A DNA stretch of 64,000 nucleotides from Ranitomeya imitator. Taxonomy: Eukaryota. The stretch lies in the NCBI RefSeq assembly GCF_032444005.1, contig NC_091286.1, forward strand, positions 639,282,001 through 639,346,000, in the 5' to 3' direction. The position numbers were made by a program, and so were the translations under genes. Positions 21,990 to 34,047 of this stretch are shown here, one piece after another. Numbering within the stretch: the first letter of the stretch is position 1; every line of letters begins with the position of its first letter. The notes under the pieces were generated by a model that did no database searches, was not told the origin of the DNA, and saw only the letters and a list, made by a program, of their open reading frames with translations.

Positions 21990-24320
21990 CAGTGACATGT
22001 AAATGTTTGGGCATCCTTAAGGTACCGTCACACTAAGCGACGCTGCAGCGATACCGACAATGATCTGGATCGCTGCAGCGTCGCTGTTTGGTCGCTGGAG
22101 AGCTGTCACACAGACAGCTCTCCAGCGACCAACGATCCCGAGGTCCTCGGTAACCAGGGTAAACATCGGGTTACTAAGTGCAGGGCCGCGCTTAGTAACC
22201 CGATGTTTACCCTGGTTACCAGCGTAAAAGTAAAAAAAAAAAAAAACACTACATACTTACCTTCCGCTGTCTGTCCCTCAGCGCTCTGCTTCTCTGCCCT
22301 GTGTAAGCACAGCGGCCAGAAAGCACAGTGGCGTCACTGCTCTGCTTTCCGGCCGCTGTGCTTACACAGGGCAGAGAAGCAGAGCGCCGAGGGACAGACA
22401 GCGGAAGGTAAGTATGTAGTGTTTGTTTTTTTTTTTACTTTTACGCTGGTAACCAGGGTAAACATCGGGTTACTAAGCGCGGCCCTGCGCTTAGTAACCC
22501 GATGTTTACCCTGGTTACCAGTGAAGACATCGCTGAATCGGCGTCACACATGCCGATTTAGCGATGTCAGCAGGAAGTCCAGCGACAAAATAAAGTGCTG
22601 GACTTTCTGCAGCGACCAACGACATCACAGCAGGATTCTGATCGCTGCTGTGTGTCAAACTGAACGATATCGCTAGCCAGGACGCTGCAACGTCACAGAT
22701 CGCTAGCGATATCGTTTAGTGTGACGGTACCTTTAGTCCAAATTACTGTTATTGTGAACAGTTAACCAAGTTGACAATTAAATGATCTCTAAACAGCCTA
22801 AAGTTAAACATGGCACATTTCCTTTGTATTGCAGGCAAAAAAAATAGTAATTTTTAACATTTTATAAATTACAAAAAGGAAAATGGGCCGATGCAAAGGT
22901 TTGGGCACCCCTGGAGATTTCTGTGCTCTGATAACTTTGACCAAGGTTTCAGGAATTAATTAGCCTGTTAGGGTTATGGCTTATTCACTATCATCGTTAG
23001 GAAAGGCCAGGTGATGCAAATTTCCAAGCTTTATAAGAACCCAGCCTTCTCTAACCTTTGCCAAAAAACAGCAGCCATGGGTTCTTCTAACTCTAAGCAG
23101 CTGCCTAGCACTCTAAAAATAAAAATGCTGGAGGCCTACAAAGCAGGAGAACTCTATAAGAAGATATAAGAAGATAGCAGAGCATTTTCAAGTTGCCCTT
23201 TCCTGAATTCAAAATGTAATTAAGAAATTTCAGTTAACAGGAACAGTAGAGGTCAAGATAAAGTCTGGAGGACCAAGCAAAATGTCAGCGAGAGATGCTT
23301 ATAGGATTGCTAGAGAAACAAATCAGAACCCCCACTTGACTAAAAATGACCTTCAGAAACATTTAGCAGACTCTGGAGTGGTGGTACATTGTTCTACTGT
23401 TTAGAGACAACTGCACCAATGTGGACTTCATGGAAGAGTCATCAGAAGAAAACCTCTCCTGCATCCTCACCATGAAATTCAGCTTCAGAAGTTTGCAAAA
23501 GAACATCAAAACAAGCCTGGAGCATTTTGGAAACAAGTCCGGTGGACTGATGAGGCTTAAATAGAACTATTTGGCCATAATGATCAAAGGTATGTGTGAA
23601 GAAAAAAGGGCACAGAATTTCAGAAAAAGAACATCTTGCCAACCATTAAGCATGGGGGTGAATCAATCATGCTTTGGGGTTGTGTTGCAGGCAATGGGCC
23701 GTCGAACATTTCACAGGTAGAATGATGAATGGATTCAATGAAATTTCAACAAATTCTTGAGGCAAATACAACACCATCTGCAAAAAAGCTGAAGTTGAGA
23801 AGAGGATGGCTTCTGCAAATGGATAATAATCCTAAACACACAAAATCCACAATAGACGACTTCAGAAGGCGCAAGCTGAAGGTTTTACAATGGCCGTTAC
23901 AGTCCCCTGATCTGATCATTGAAAATCTGTGGCTAGACCTCAAAATAGCAGTGCATGCAAGATGACCTAGGGATCTCACAGAACAGGGAGAATTTTCCAA
24001 GGAGGAATGGATGAAAATCGCTCAAACAAGAACTAAAAGACTCATAGCCGGCTACAAAAAGCATTTACAAGCTGTACTTGCAAAAGTTGATGCTACTAGG
24101 TGCTAACCATGCAGATTGCCCAAACGTTTGCACCAGCCAATTTTTCTTTTTGTCATTTTTAAAATGTAAAAGATGAAAAAAATTTTTTTTTGCCTAAAAT
24201 ACAAAGGAAATATATATATTTTTTAACTTTAGGCCTTTTAGAGATCATTTCATCTTCAACTTAACTGTTCACAATAAGAGTAATTTTGACCAGGGGTGCC
24301 CAAACTTTTACATGCCACTG
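21990..24320 (+). mobile_element. Degenerate Tc1-like transposon, transposase pseudogene ~23077-24105
   Basis: TIRs CAGTGACATGTAAATGTTTGGGCA / TGCCCAAACTTTTACATGCCACTG, TA TSD. Remnants WTDE, MDNNPKHT and SPDLIIENLW with stops and frameshifts. Confidence 0.9.
22020..22732. mobile_element. Harbinger-type MITE inside the left TIR of the Tc1
   Basis: TIR AGGTACCGTCACACT, TTA TSD, internal GGTAACCAGGGTAAACATCGGG hairpins. A related copy lies at 62222-62958. Confidence 0.88.
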
Positions 24321-24589
24321 TATATCATGGTTAACATAGCATCCACTATTTGTAATAGATGAAACCATAGCTCACTTCCCCCTGTACAATGGTTGGTAAG
24401 GCTAGGTTCACAATTATACAGTGCTCCACAACAAGCAATAGGTTGGGATTTCCATTGGAATCTCTAAAAATCCACCACAGCCCTACTATTCACGTGAATA
24501 AAACGAATGAAGTCACTTTAGAAACTCTCTGGCCTCTGTCCTGGCAGTATTCTTTTTTTTTTTTAGAAATACACAAATTTCAATGAACA

Positions 24590-24735
24590 TGAACAGTGGA
24601 GGTCAAGATAAAGTCTGGAAGACCAAGCAAAATTTAAGTGAGAGCTGCTCGTAGGATTGTTAGAGATGCAAATAAGAACCCCTACTTGACTGCAAGAGAG
24701 CTTAAGAAAGATTTAGCAGACTCTAGAGTTGTGGC
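24590..24735 (+). pseudogene. Isolated internal fragment of the same Tc1 family
   Basis: Similar to 23240-23385 (GAGGTCAAGATAAAGTCTGGA...TTAGCAGACTCT). Confidence 0.75.
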
Positions 24736-25964
24736 ACAAAAACAAAAGACAAATGCTGATATGGAGGTCACGCAGTGTTAACATTGACTCTGCTGGCTTC
24801 ATTCAAGTGAATGTTTCCATTGGGGTTCCAACATAGTGCTGGGGTTCAGATCATGGTATTAGTGTGGATCTAGCCTACTCCCACTGTGTACAATATATAA
24901 CACTGAATCCACCATTTACAAATGGTGATGTCACAGCTCACCTCCTCCCCCTTCCTCCACAATGTCCAGATTTGAGCATGTACAGTGGACTGCATTTTCA
25001 TGATGACAGGTCCCCTTTAGTATAGTAATGTAAAGAAAAATAACAAAAAATGCTTTTAATATAAAAACTTGATTTATAGAGTAAGTCATTGGCTGATGAC
25101 ACTTTGCCCTTAACTATCAGCAGTATATAAGAAGGTTGATCAGTGCTGGGAATTTGGTCTATATGCCTAATGAATCATTGGATTTACATTATTTCCTCCA
25201 GCCCCGGACGAGGAGGAGTGAGATGGGAAATTCTTGCAGGACATAGATGTATAGTGTTAGATTTCTGGATTCTGAATTTGCTTTTTCTTTTGTCCAACAA
25301 CAAATAGTTTTTTTGCACTGAGCGATGTTCCTGAAATGATTTATGATAAGAGTATAGATTGTTTATGCCTCTCGTAGTGAACAATGCATGGAGATGTTAT
25401 GTATGTATGGGATCCATCTGCATCGAATAGAATATCAATGAGAAGTCATATTTATTTCGCTCGCGTGGTGACTGCGACGTGTAGGATGTGGTCTGCATGA
25501 GATTTACTGCAGGTCTTTGCAAAGACTGACAACTAAGGGTCTGTGCACACGGGGTCACTTTTTGAGTCACTCAAATCATTGATTTCTCAAGTGTAAACTG
25601 CTTCAGGAAATGCTCCTTTGGAGAATTTTGGAGGAATTTTTGGCCATGTTCACACGTTCCTGATTTCCCTGCTGTTTTTTCTGCACTAAAAACCGCAGCT
25701 CTTGGCAGAAAACGCAGGTGCGTTTTTTGGTGCGTTTTGGTGCGTTTTTGGTGCATTTTTTTATGCGGCTTTTGATGCGGTTTTCAGTGCGGTTTTTTAT
25801 GCAGTTTTCTCTGCAGAGTCTGTGTGTTTTCTAGGAAGTTTTTTTAGGGTTAAAATGGCTGAAAATACACTAACCCTACCCCTAACCCTACCCCTAACCC
25901 TAACCCTAACTGTAGTGGGGGGAAAAAAAAAAAAAATTCTTTATTTTATTATTGTTACTACCTA

Positions 25965-26219
25965 CCTGGTTCATGCAGCTTTACATGAACACCCAAGCCT
26001 TACACTATGGCTGGTCCGAATAACTATAGCAATTGTTACCATCCACCTCTCGTGTCTCCCCTTTTCCTCATAGTTTGTAAGCTTACGAGCAGGGCCCTCA
26101 CTCCTCTTGGTATCTGTTTTGAACTGTATTTCTGTTATGCTGTAATGTCTATTGTATGTACAAGTCCCCTCTATAATTTGTAAAGCGCTGCGGAATATGT
26201 TGGCGCTATATAAATAAAA

Positions 26220-26256
<37 letters not shown>
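25965..26256 (+). mobile_element. 3' fragment of an L2 LINE
   Basis: Ends TGTAAAGCGCTGCGGAATATGTTGGCGCTATATAAATAAAAA(TTA)n. Confidence 0.8.
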
Positions 26257-26257
<1 letters not shown>

Positions 26258-26741
26258 GGGGGTGATAAAGGGGGTGGGGTCATTTACTTTTTTTTTTATT
26301 TTGATCACTGTGAGGTTATCACAGTGATCAAAATATTCCTGGAACGAATCTGCCGCCTGGCAGATTCGGCGGGCGCACTGCGCATGCGCCCGCCATTTTG
26401 GAAGATGGCGGCGCCCAGGGAGAAGACGGACGGACGGACACCGGGAGGCCCTGTAAGTATAAGGCCGGCGTCACACTCAGCGTATGCAAATACGGTCCGT
26501 ATATTACGGCCGTAATACGCTGAAAAGTCCCGAAAATAGTGGTCCGTAGCTCCTCCGTAGGCAGGGTGTGTCACCGTTTTTTGCGCATGGCATCCTCCGT
26601 ATGTAATCCGTATGGCAGTCGTACTGCGTGTTTTTATCGCAGGCTTGCCAAACCCACATACGGCTATACAAGGGATCCATGTGTTAAAAAAAAAATAAAA
26701 ACATATATACTGTCTATATATATATATATATATGTCAGTAG

Positions 26742-26795
<54 letters not shown>

Positions 26796-26863
26796 CCTTC
26801 ATACAGCACGATATAGCAGAAAGCCGGTAATTCAATTACCGGCTTTTGCTTTCTCCTTCCTAA

Positions 26864-27949
26864 TATCAAAAACAGCTAACATAGAAAAAACTCAGAAAAA
26901 ATACATACCATGAGATACGGCCTTCCCAAAACCCTGTCTGATGACAAATGCACACTAAGCAGGATGCAGCAGGCCTCCACTGATAAAGGCTAGGGGCGGC
27001 ACAGGTGCAAACTACTTGATAAAAACAGCCACCCCAACCAAACATTGCAGGGGTTGGCTGCCTAGCAGAAAAAATGCACATTGATATGACTCACATAGGA
27101 CGCCAGTCACACTGATAAGTGTAGTGCACAGTGTCTGTATGCAACCTATTGATGACACCCCTTGTATTAACAGGCGGGCTGCCCAGCACTAAAAAAATGC
27201 AGCACACAGTGACATATCAATGTGCATTTTTTCTGCTAGGCAGCCAACCCCTGCAATGTTTGGTTGGGGTGGCTGTTTTTATCAAGTAGTTTGCACCTGT
27301 GCCGCCCCTAGCCTTTATCAGTGGAGGCCTGCTGCATCCTGCTAAGTGTGCATTTGTCATCAGACAGGGTTTTGGGAAGGCCGTATCTCATGGTATGTAT
27401 TTTTTCTGAGTTTTTTCTATGTTAGCTGTTTTTGATATTAGTGGTAGGACCCGCAATATTATGGGGACCCTTGCCGTTGGGTTGCGTGCTTACTTTATTT
27501 TGGCCAAAATATTAAACCAATACCCCATATAGTGTATGCATTTATCATATGCATGCATTTTTTTGCACTTTATCATATCCTTTTTTGCAGGATGTGGCCA
27601 GGCCTCTTTATGTTGGCTAGGTTTTTCTGGGGCGTCTGTCACTGTGTGCTGCATTTTTTAAGTGCTGGGCAGCCCGCCTGTTAATACAAGGGGCGTCATC
27701 AATAGGTTGCATACAGACACTGTGCACTACACTTATCAGTGTGACTGGCGTCCTATGTGAGTCATATCAATGTGCATTTTTTCTGCTAGGCAGCCAACCC
27801 CTGCAATGTTTGGTTGGGGTGGCTGTTTTTATCAAGTAGTTTGCACCTGTGCCGCCCCTAGCCTTTATCAGTGGAGGCCTGCTGCATCCTGCTTAGTGTG
27901 CATTTGTCATCAGACAGGGTTTTGGGAAGGCCGTATCTCATGGTATGTA
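26864..27949 (+). mobile_element. Penelope-type non-autonomous insertion (inverted head + 550-bp monomer + ~187-bp repeat)
   Basis: 14-bp TSD TTTCTCCTTCCTAA (26850-26863, 27950-27963). 26864-27213 is the reverse complement of the unit. 27213 and 27763 start identical direct repeats. Confidence 0.8.
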
Positions 27950-29140
27950 TTTCTCCTTCCTAAACCCGACATGATATGAGACATGGTTTACATACAGTAA
28001 ACCATCTCATATCACCATTTTTTTTGCATATTCCACACTACTAATGTTAGTAGTGTGTATCTGCAAAATTTGGCCGTTCTAGCTCTTAAAATAAAGGGTT
28101 AAATGGCGGAAAAAATTGGCGTGGGCTCCCGCGCAATTTTCTCCGCCAGAGTAGTAAAGCCAGTGACTGAGGGCAGATATTAATAGCCTGGAGAGGGTCC
28201 ACGGTTATTGGCCCCCCCCCCTGGCTAAAAATATCTGCCCCCAGCCACCCCAGAAAAGGCACATCTGGAAGATGCGCCTATTCTGGCACTTGGCCACTCT
28301 CTTCCCATTCCCGTGTAGCGGTGGGATATGGGGTAATGAAGGGTTAATGCCACCTTGCTATTGTAAAGTGACATTAAGCCAAATTAATAATGGAGAGGCG
28401 TCAATTATGACACCTATCCATTATTAATCCAATTGAATGAAAGGGTTAAAAAAACACACACACACATTATTAAAAATTATTTTAATGAAATAAATACAAA
28501 GGTTGCTGTAATATTTTATTTAACGCCCAATCCAATCACTGAAGACCCTCGTTATGTAAAAGAAAAAACATAATAAACCAACAATATACTTACCTTCCGC
28601 AGATCTGTAAAGTCCAACGATGTAAATCCTTCTGAAGAGGTTAAAACATTTTGCAGCAAGGAGTTCCGCTAATGCAGGCTGCTCCTTGCTGCAAAACCCC
28701 AGGGAATGAAGCTAAATATAGGTCAATGATCTATATTTAGCTTCATTTGCGGTGAGGCGCCCTCTGCTGGATGTTCATAGATCGTGGGAACTTACCTAGA
28801 AAGCTCCCAGGCTAATATCTGCCCTCAGTCACTGGCTTTACTACTCTGGCGGAGAAAATTGCACGGGAGCCCACGCCAATTTTTTCCGCCATTTAACCCT
28901 TTATTTTAAGAGCTAGAACGGCCAAATTTTGCAGATACACACTACGAACATTAGTAGTGTGGATTATGCAAAAAAATGGTGATATGAGATGGTTTACTGT
29001 ATGTAAACCAGGTCTCATATCATGTCGGGTTTAGGAAGGAGAAAGCAAAAGCCGGTAATTGAATTACCGGCTTTTTGCTATATCGCGGCTGTATGAAGTA
29101 AGAATATATATACATATATGTGCCTACTGACATATATATA

Positions 29141-31463
29141 TCTACTATATAAAGCTGAATGTGTGTGTGTGTGTGTATGTGTGTGTGTATGTCCGGGATT
29201 GGCATCTGCACCGTCGCAGCTACAGAAACAAAATTTTGCACAGTCACATGTCTGGACCCCGAGAGCGTCATAGGCTATATTGTGAGGCGAAATTTTAACC
29301 CCGCGCGTTCCAATTCACCAAACAATTTTGCCCCTATCTACATAATGGGGAAAAAAGTGAAAGGAAAAGTGTTGGAAGCGTCGCAGCTACAGCAACAAAA
29401 CTTTGCACAGTCACACGTCTGGACCCTGAGAGCGTCATAGGCTTCGTTGTGAGGTGAAATTTTAACCCCGCGCGTTCCAATTCACCAAACAATTTTGCCC
29501 CTATCTACATAATGGGGAAAAAGTGAAAGGAAAAGTGTTGGAAGCGTCGCAGCTACAGCAACAAAATTTTGCACAGTCACACGTCTGGACCCCGAGAGCG
29601 TCATAGGCTATGTTGTGAGGTGAAATTTTAACCCCGCGCTTTCCAATTCACCAAACAATTTTGCCCCTATCTACATAATGGGAAAAAATGAAAGGAAAAG
29701 TGTAGGAGGCAAATTGACAGCTGCCAGATGTGAACAAGGGGGACTTAATGAGAGCGATGGCGCCAAAGAGTATATACCGTACAGTTGCTAAGGTGGGGCC
29801 TCGACATGGGATACTCACCACACACGGGGATATGAACACACACAAAATGCGCCACACACTACCACGTGCTTGAACACATATTACCCTCAGCACACATTTC
29901 ACCACAAATACACCAACCTCGCCACATAAAAGTCAAAACACAAAAGTCGCCACTCAAAACTCGCCACGCGCAGAACTCGCCACATGCAAAAACTAGGCTC
30001 TTGCAAAACTCGCCACAAGTGCAAAATTCTCCTCATGAAAAACTCGCCACATGCAAAACTTGCACAAGCAGAAAAATTGCCACATGCACAAAAGTTGCAA
30101 CACATGCAAAAGTTGCCTCACACAAAACTTGCACATACTCAAAAGGCACCACACATAATACTCGCAACGCGCAAAACTCGCCATGCGCAAAACTTGCTGC
30201 ACACAACTTGCTACACTAACCTGTCACATGTAACTCGACACACAAAAAGTTGCTACACGCATGTTGCTACACAAAAATCATCTCACAAAAGTCGCTACAT
30301 GCATGTCGCCACACGCAACTCAACACACACAACTTGACAAACGAAACTCGCCCTAAAACACACACAAGTCTGGTATTATCCTTCAAAAATAAAAATCTGA
30401 TTAATAAGCAGACAAACTACAACAATTGCACCATATAGGAAATACGGCAGCTGTCAGTCACATGACCTGTCTATTATGTGTATGTGTGAGCTAATATATA
30501 CAGCCAGGGGGAGGGCTTCCTGATGGCTGGGGATTTATCAGGCTGCCAATTTAGCTTACAAATACTGAGGTAAAAATACTGAGCAAATAACGTGTGAATG
30601 AGGTCTAATACAGGAGGAGATGACACACAGTTATATACTATATACAGGGGAGATGACACACAGATATATACTATATACAGGAGAGATGACACACAGGTAT
30701 ATACTATATAGAGGAGGAGATGACATATAGGTACATATATATACAGGAGGAGATGACATACAGGTATATACTATATACAGGAGGAGATGACATACAGGTA
30801 TATGCTATATATAGAAGATGACATACAGGTATATACTATATACAGGAGGAGATGACACACAGATATATACTATATACAGGGGAGATGACACACAGGTATA
30901 TACTATATACAGGAGGAGATGACATACAGGTATATACTATATATAGGAGGAGATGACATACAGGTATATACTATATATAGGAGGAGATGACATACAGGTA
31001 TATACTATATATAGAAGGAGATGACATTCAGGTATATACTATATATAGGGGAGATGACACACAGCAGGTATATACTATATACAGGGGAGATGACATACAG
31101 GTATATACTATATACAGAAAATGACATGCAGATGTATACTATATATAAGGGAGATGACAAACATGTATATACTGAGGTGATGAGGTGAAAATGAGAGGTG
31201 TGAGGTGAAAATGAAAAGGTGTGAGTGCAAAATGAGAGGAGTGAGGAAAAATAGTGGTGATCAGAAAATGACAGATGTGAGATTGAAATGACAAGTGTTA
31301 GGGGGGAATGAGAGGTGTGAGGGAGAAAATGAGAGATGTGAGGGGGAAAATGAAAGATGTGATTGGGAAAATGAGAGGCGTGATGGGAAAATAAGAGAAG
31401 TGAGGTGCTATAACTAACCACAGATATTTACTATGCCCAGGCAACGCCGGGCTCTTCAGCTAG
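29141..31463 (+). mobile_element. Non-autonomous Helitron filled with tandem repeats
   Basis: 5' TC (TCTACTATATAAAGC), 3' hairpin GCCCAGGC-AAC-GCCGGGC (31435-31452) then CTAG, inserted between A and T. Cargo: three ~166-bp units, ~21-bp units and ~34-bp units. Confidence 0.88.
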
Positions 31464-32559
31464 TATATATATATATACCTATTCTATGTGTACATATTTA
31501 TTCTACCTATTCTACTGTAAGCTGTCAGTGTGATTTTACTGTACACCGCACTGAATTACCGGCTTTTCTCTGTAACAGCGCTGCGTATTTCTCGCAAGTC
31601 ACACTGCTGGTCCGTGTGTAATCCGTATTTTTGGGGCTTCCATAGACTTTCATTGGCGTTTTATTTGCGCAATACGGTGACAAACGCAGCATGCTGCAAT
31701 TTTCTACGGCCGTAGAAAGCCGTATAATACTGATCAGTAAAATACGGCAGATAGGAGCAGGGGCATAGAGAATAATTGTGCCGTATTTTTTGCGAGTTTT
31801 ACGGACGTAGTTTCTGCGCTCTTACGTCCGTAAAACTCGCAAGTGTGACGCCAGCCTAAGGGGGGGAGATGAGGGCACGGGGGGGTTCGGGCGTCGGAGC
31901 ACGGGGGGGTGGCATCGGAGCATGGGGGGGTGGGATTGGGGCACGGGGGGACAGCCACACTCCGCCCACGCACTTCCTGCTGCAGCGGTTCTGCACCACA
32001 AACCGCAGAAAAACCGCAGATATTTTTTTCGTCTGCGGGTTTTACTGCGGGTTTGACCCTCACAATGGAGGTCAATGGGTGCAGAACCGCTGCAGTTCCG
32101 CACAAAGAAGTGACATGGTCCTTCTTTTTTACCGCAGCTATTCAGCGTGGCTTTTTTAGTGATTTTCCGCAATGTGGGCACAGCAGTTCCTGGTTTCCAT
32201 AGGGTACATTGTACTGTACCCTGCATGGAAAACAGCTGCGGACCTGCAGCGCCAAAATCGCGGCGGTTCCGCAGTAAAAAACGCATTGTGTGAACATGGC
32301 CTTTAGTTTCCTGAAGTAGTTTGGAAGTGTTTTGGGAGAGACTTTTTTTCTGCAGCCTTTTGAGTGGACTAGTTTGGAGCAATTTCCATCAGGAACCATT
32401 TCAAAACAGAGACATGTACTTTATTTTCCAAAACCTGGAATGGACAAAACTGGTCAAAACACTGACAGCAAATCTTTCCAATGTTTTTGAAAAATATTTA
32501 GAATTGAGAGTCCTCAGTGGTTGATACCTTTTAATGGTAACTGAAAAGATGGTAACAAA

Positions 32560-32600
32560 TTGCAAGCTTTTGAGACTACACAGGTCTCTTCATCAGGCAA
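32560..32600 (-). ncRNA. Penelope-type hammerhead motif with a mutated core, in a PLE fragment (~32490-32800)
   Basis: UUGC-CUGAUGA-A-GAGAC-cugugua-GUCUC-AAAA-GCUU-GCAA. The core GAAA reads AAAA and stem III is the palindrome AAGCUU. Confidence 0.7.
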
Positions 32601-34047
32601 AGACTAAAACAAATTCTGAAGAATCACATATTTATGCACAACATAGTATAGGGAAAAAAAAAAAAAGAGGGGAAAAAAAACCATGGATAAGCCAGGTGAC
32701 ATGAAGCAGAATTACCATGGGTGATAAACAGTTACGTCCATAAATATTGGGCCAATTCTTAGATAAGGATTGTTTTATTGTCCTGTGATTAGGGTCTCTG
32801 TTGTAATGACCCTTCATGGTCTGAGGGGCATGTTTTTGAGTAATTTTTCAGGCATTGTTTGTAGTGTGTCCGCCTAAAAAAAAAAAACACCTTAAAATAC
32901 TCCCTTGTACGTAGACCTTAGGGTGGGTTCACAATAAATGATTTGCTGATTTTATTAAGCAGAAACCCCAAGTTTTTGAAGAACATATTGGAGCGTTTCA
33001 GCTCTGCTTCTTGTGGATTGATGCGTCCCTACATCATCCACAGTCTCCTTGGCTTTGTTCTCCGGCGCAGGCGTACTTATCTGCCCTTTAGAGGGCAGAG
33101 TAAAGTCCTGTAGTGTGCATGCCCTGGGGCTCTTTGACCTTTTCCAGCACCTGCGCACTGCAGTACGTTACTCTGCCCTCAACAGGTCAGAAAAGTACGC
33201 CTGCGCAGGAGCCAACACGATGCCGAGGAGACTGTGTGGGTGATGTAAGGATGCGTCATCCACACGAAGCAAGGATGGCGGCCATCGTAAGAAGATGGGA
33301 GGCACTGCACCAAGAACATCAACACCACCCAGACCGGAGGTGAGTATAATTAAAGGTTGTCTTCCTCTCTTACAGGTCGGGTTGGGGGCAGATATACAGC
33401 TTTGTAGAACGCTGTATATCAGGCTATCAGGCCTGAAAGGTGATGGCCGTATCTTATATCAGCCAAACTTGGTGACAGGTTCCCTTTAAATAAAGCTGCT
33501 TTTTTTTTTATACTTCCTGGTATTTGGTTTGATAAACCATTATTGTTACAGCCATGTACAGATTACATTCATGTTTTATCCTGTGGATTTTCTATATCCA
33601 ATGAAATTCTATGTGGAAAATCCACATAAAAACACTGACTGATGGCATCCGAGTGCTATCAGTGTTTTTCACAGACTCATAGACTTGTAATGGTAATATT
33701 AATGTGTGACTCCAACCATTCACAGAGATGTCTCCTTGACATTTTGGAAGACACGTGAACGCAGGTGAAAGGATGTAGTATCGGTCGGAGGCAGAACAAG
33801 GGTTAACAAAGGAATTTAATCTACCTGCAGGGAGGAATCACTCATGGTCGGTAACGCTACAGGAGTCAGCATGGTCAGAGCTTTCTGGAAGCGTCTGCAG
33901 TAAGCTGCTGTAGGCCCTTCTGACTCAGGCCTACTTTGTCCTGTCCGTGCTGTGCAGGAAGGCTCGCACTCTGTATCCGCACAGTATCGCTTCCCGCCAA
34001 AACTGAACTGGTTCCCGCGTATTGTCGCCCTTTTTTGTCCTCCACGC

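Larger units (their letters stand above)
26463..31856. mobile_element. Harbinger-type element 'B' with long internal inverted arms, inserted in MITE A
   Basis: TIRs GGCCGGCGTCACACT / AGTGTGACGCCAGCC, TAA TSD. Internal arms ~26797-28192 (excluding the insert) mirror ~28806-29098. Confidence 0.85.
25642..32301 (-). mobile_element. Inverted copy of MITE A, expanded by nested insertions
   Basis: TIRs GGCCATGTTCACAC at both ends, TTT on both flanks. Segments 25642-25960, 26257-26462 and 31860-32301 rejoin to the reverse complement of 5521-6558. Confidence 0.88.

Noticed and set aside
25184-25384. 66-aa minus-strand ORF in unique sequence
   Set aside because: No convincing splice pair or recognisable motif; its length is within chance expectation.
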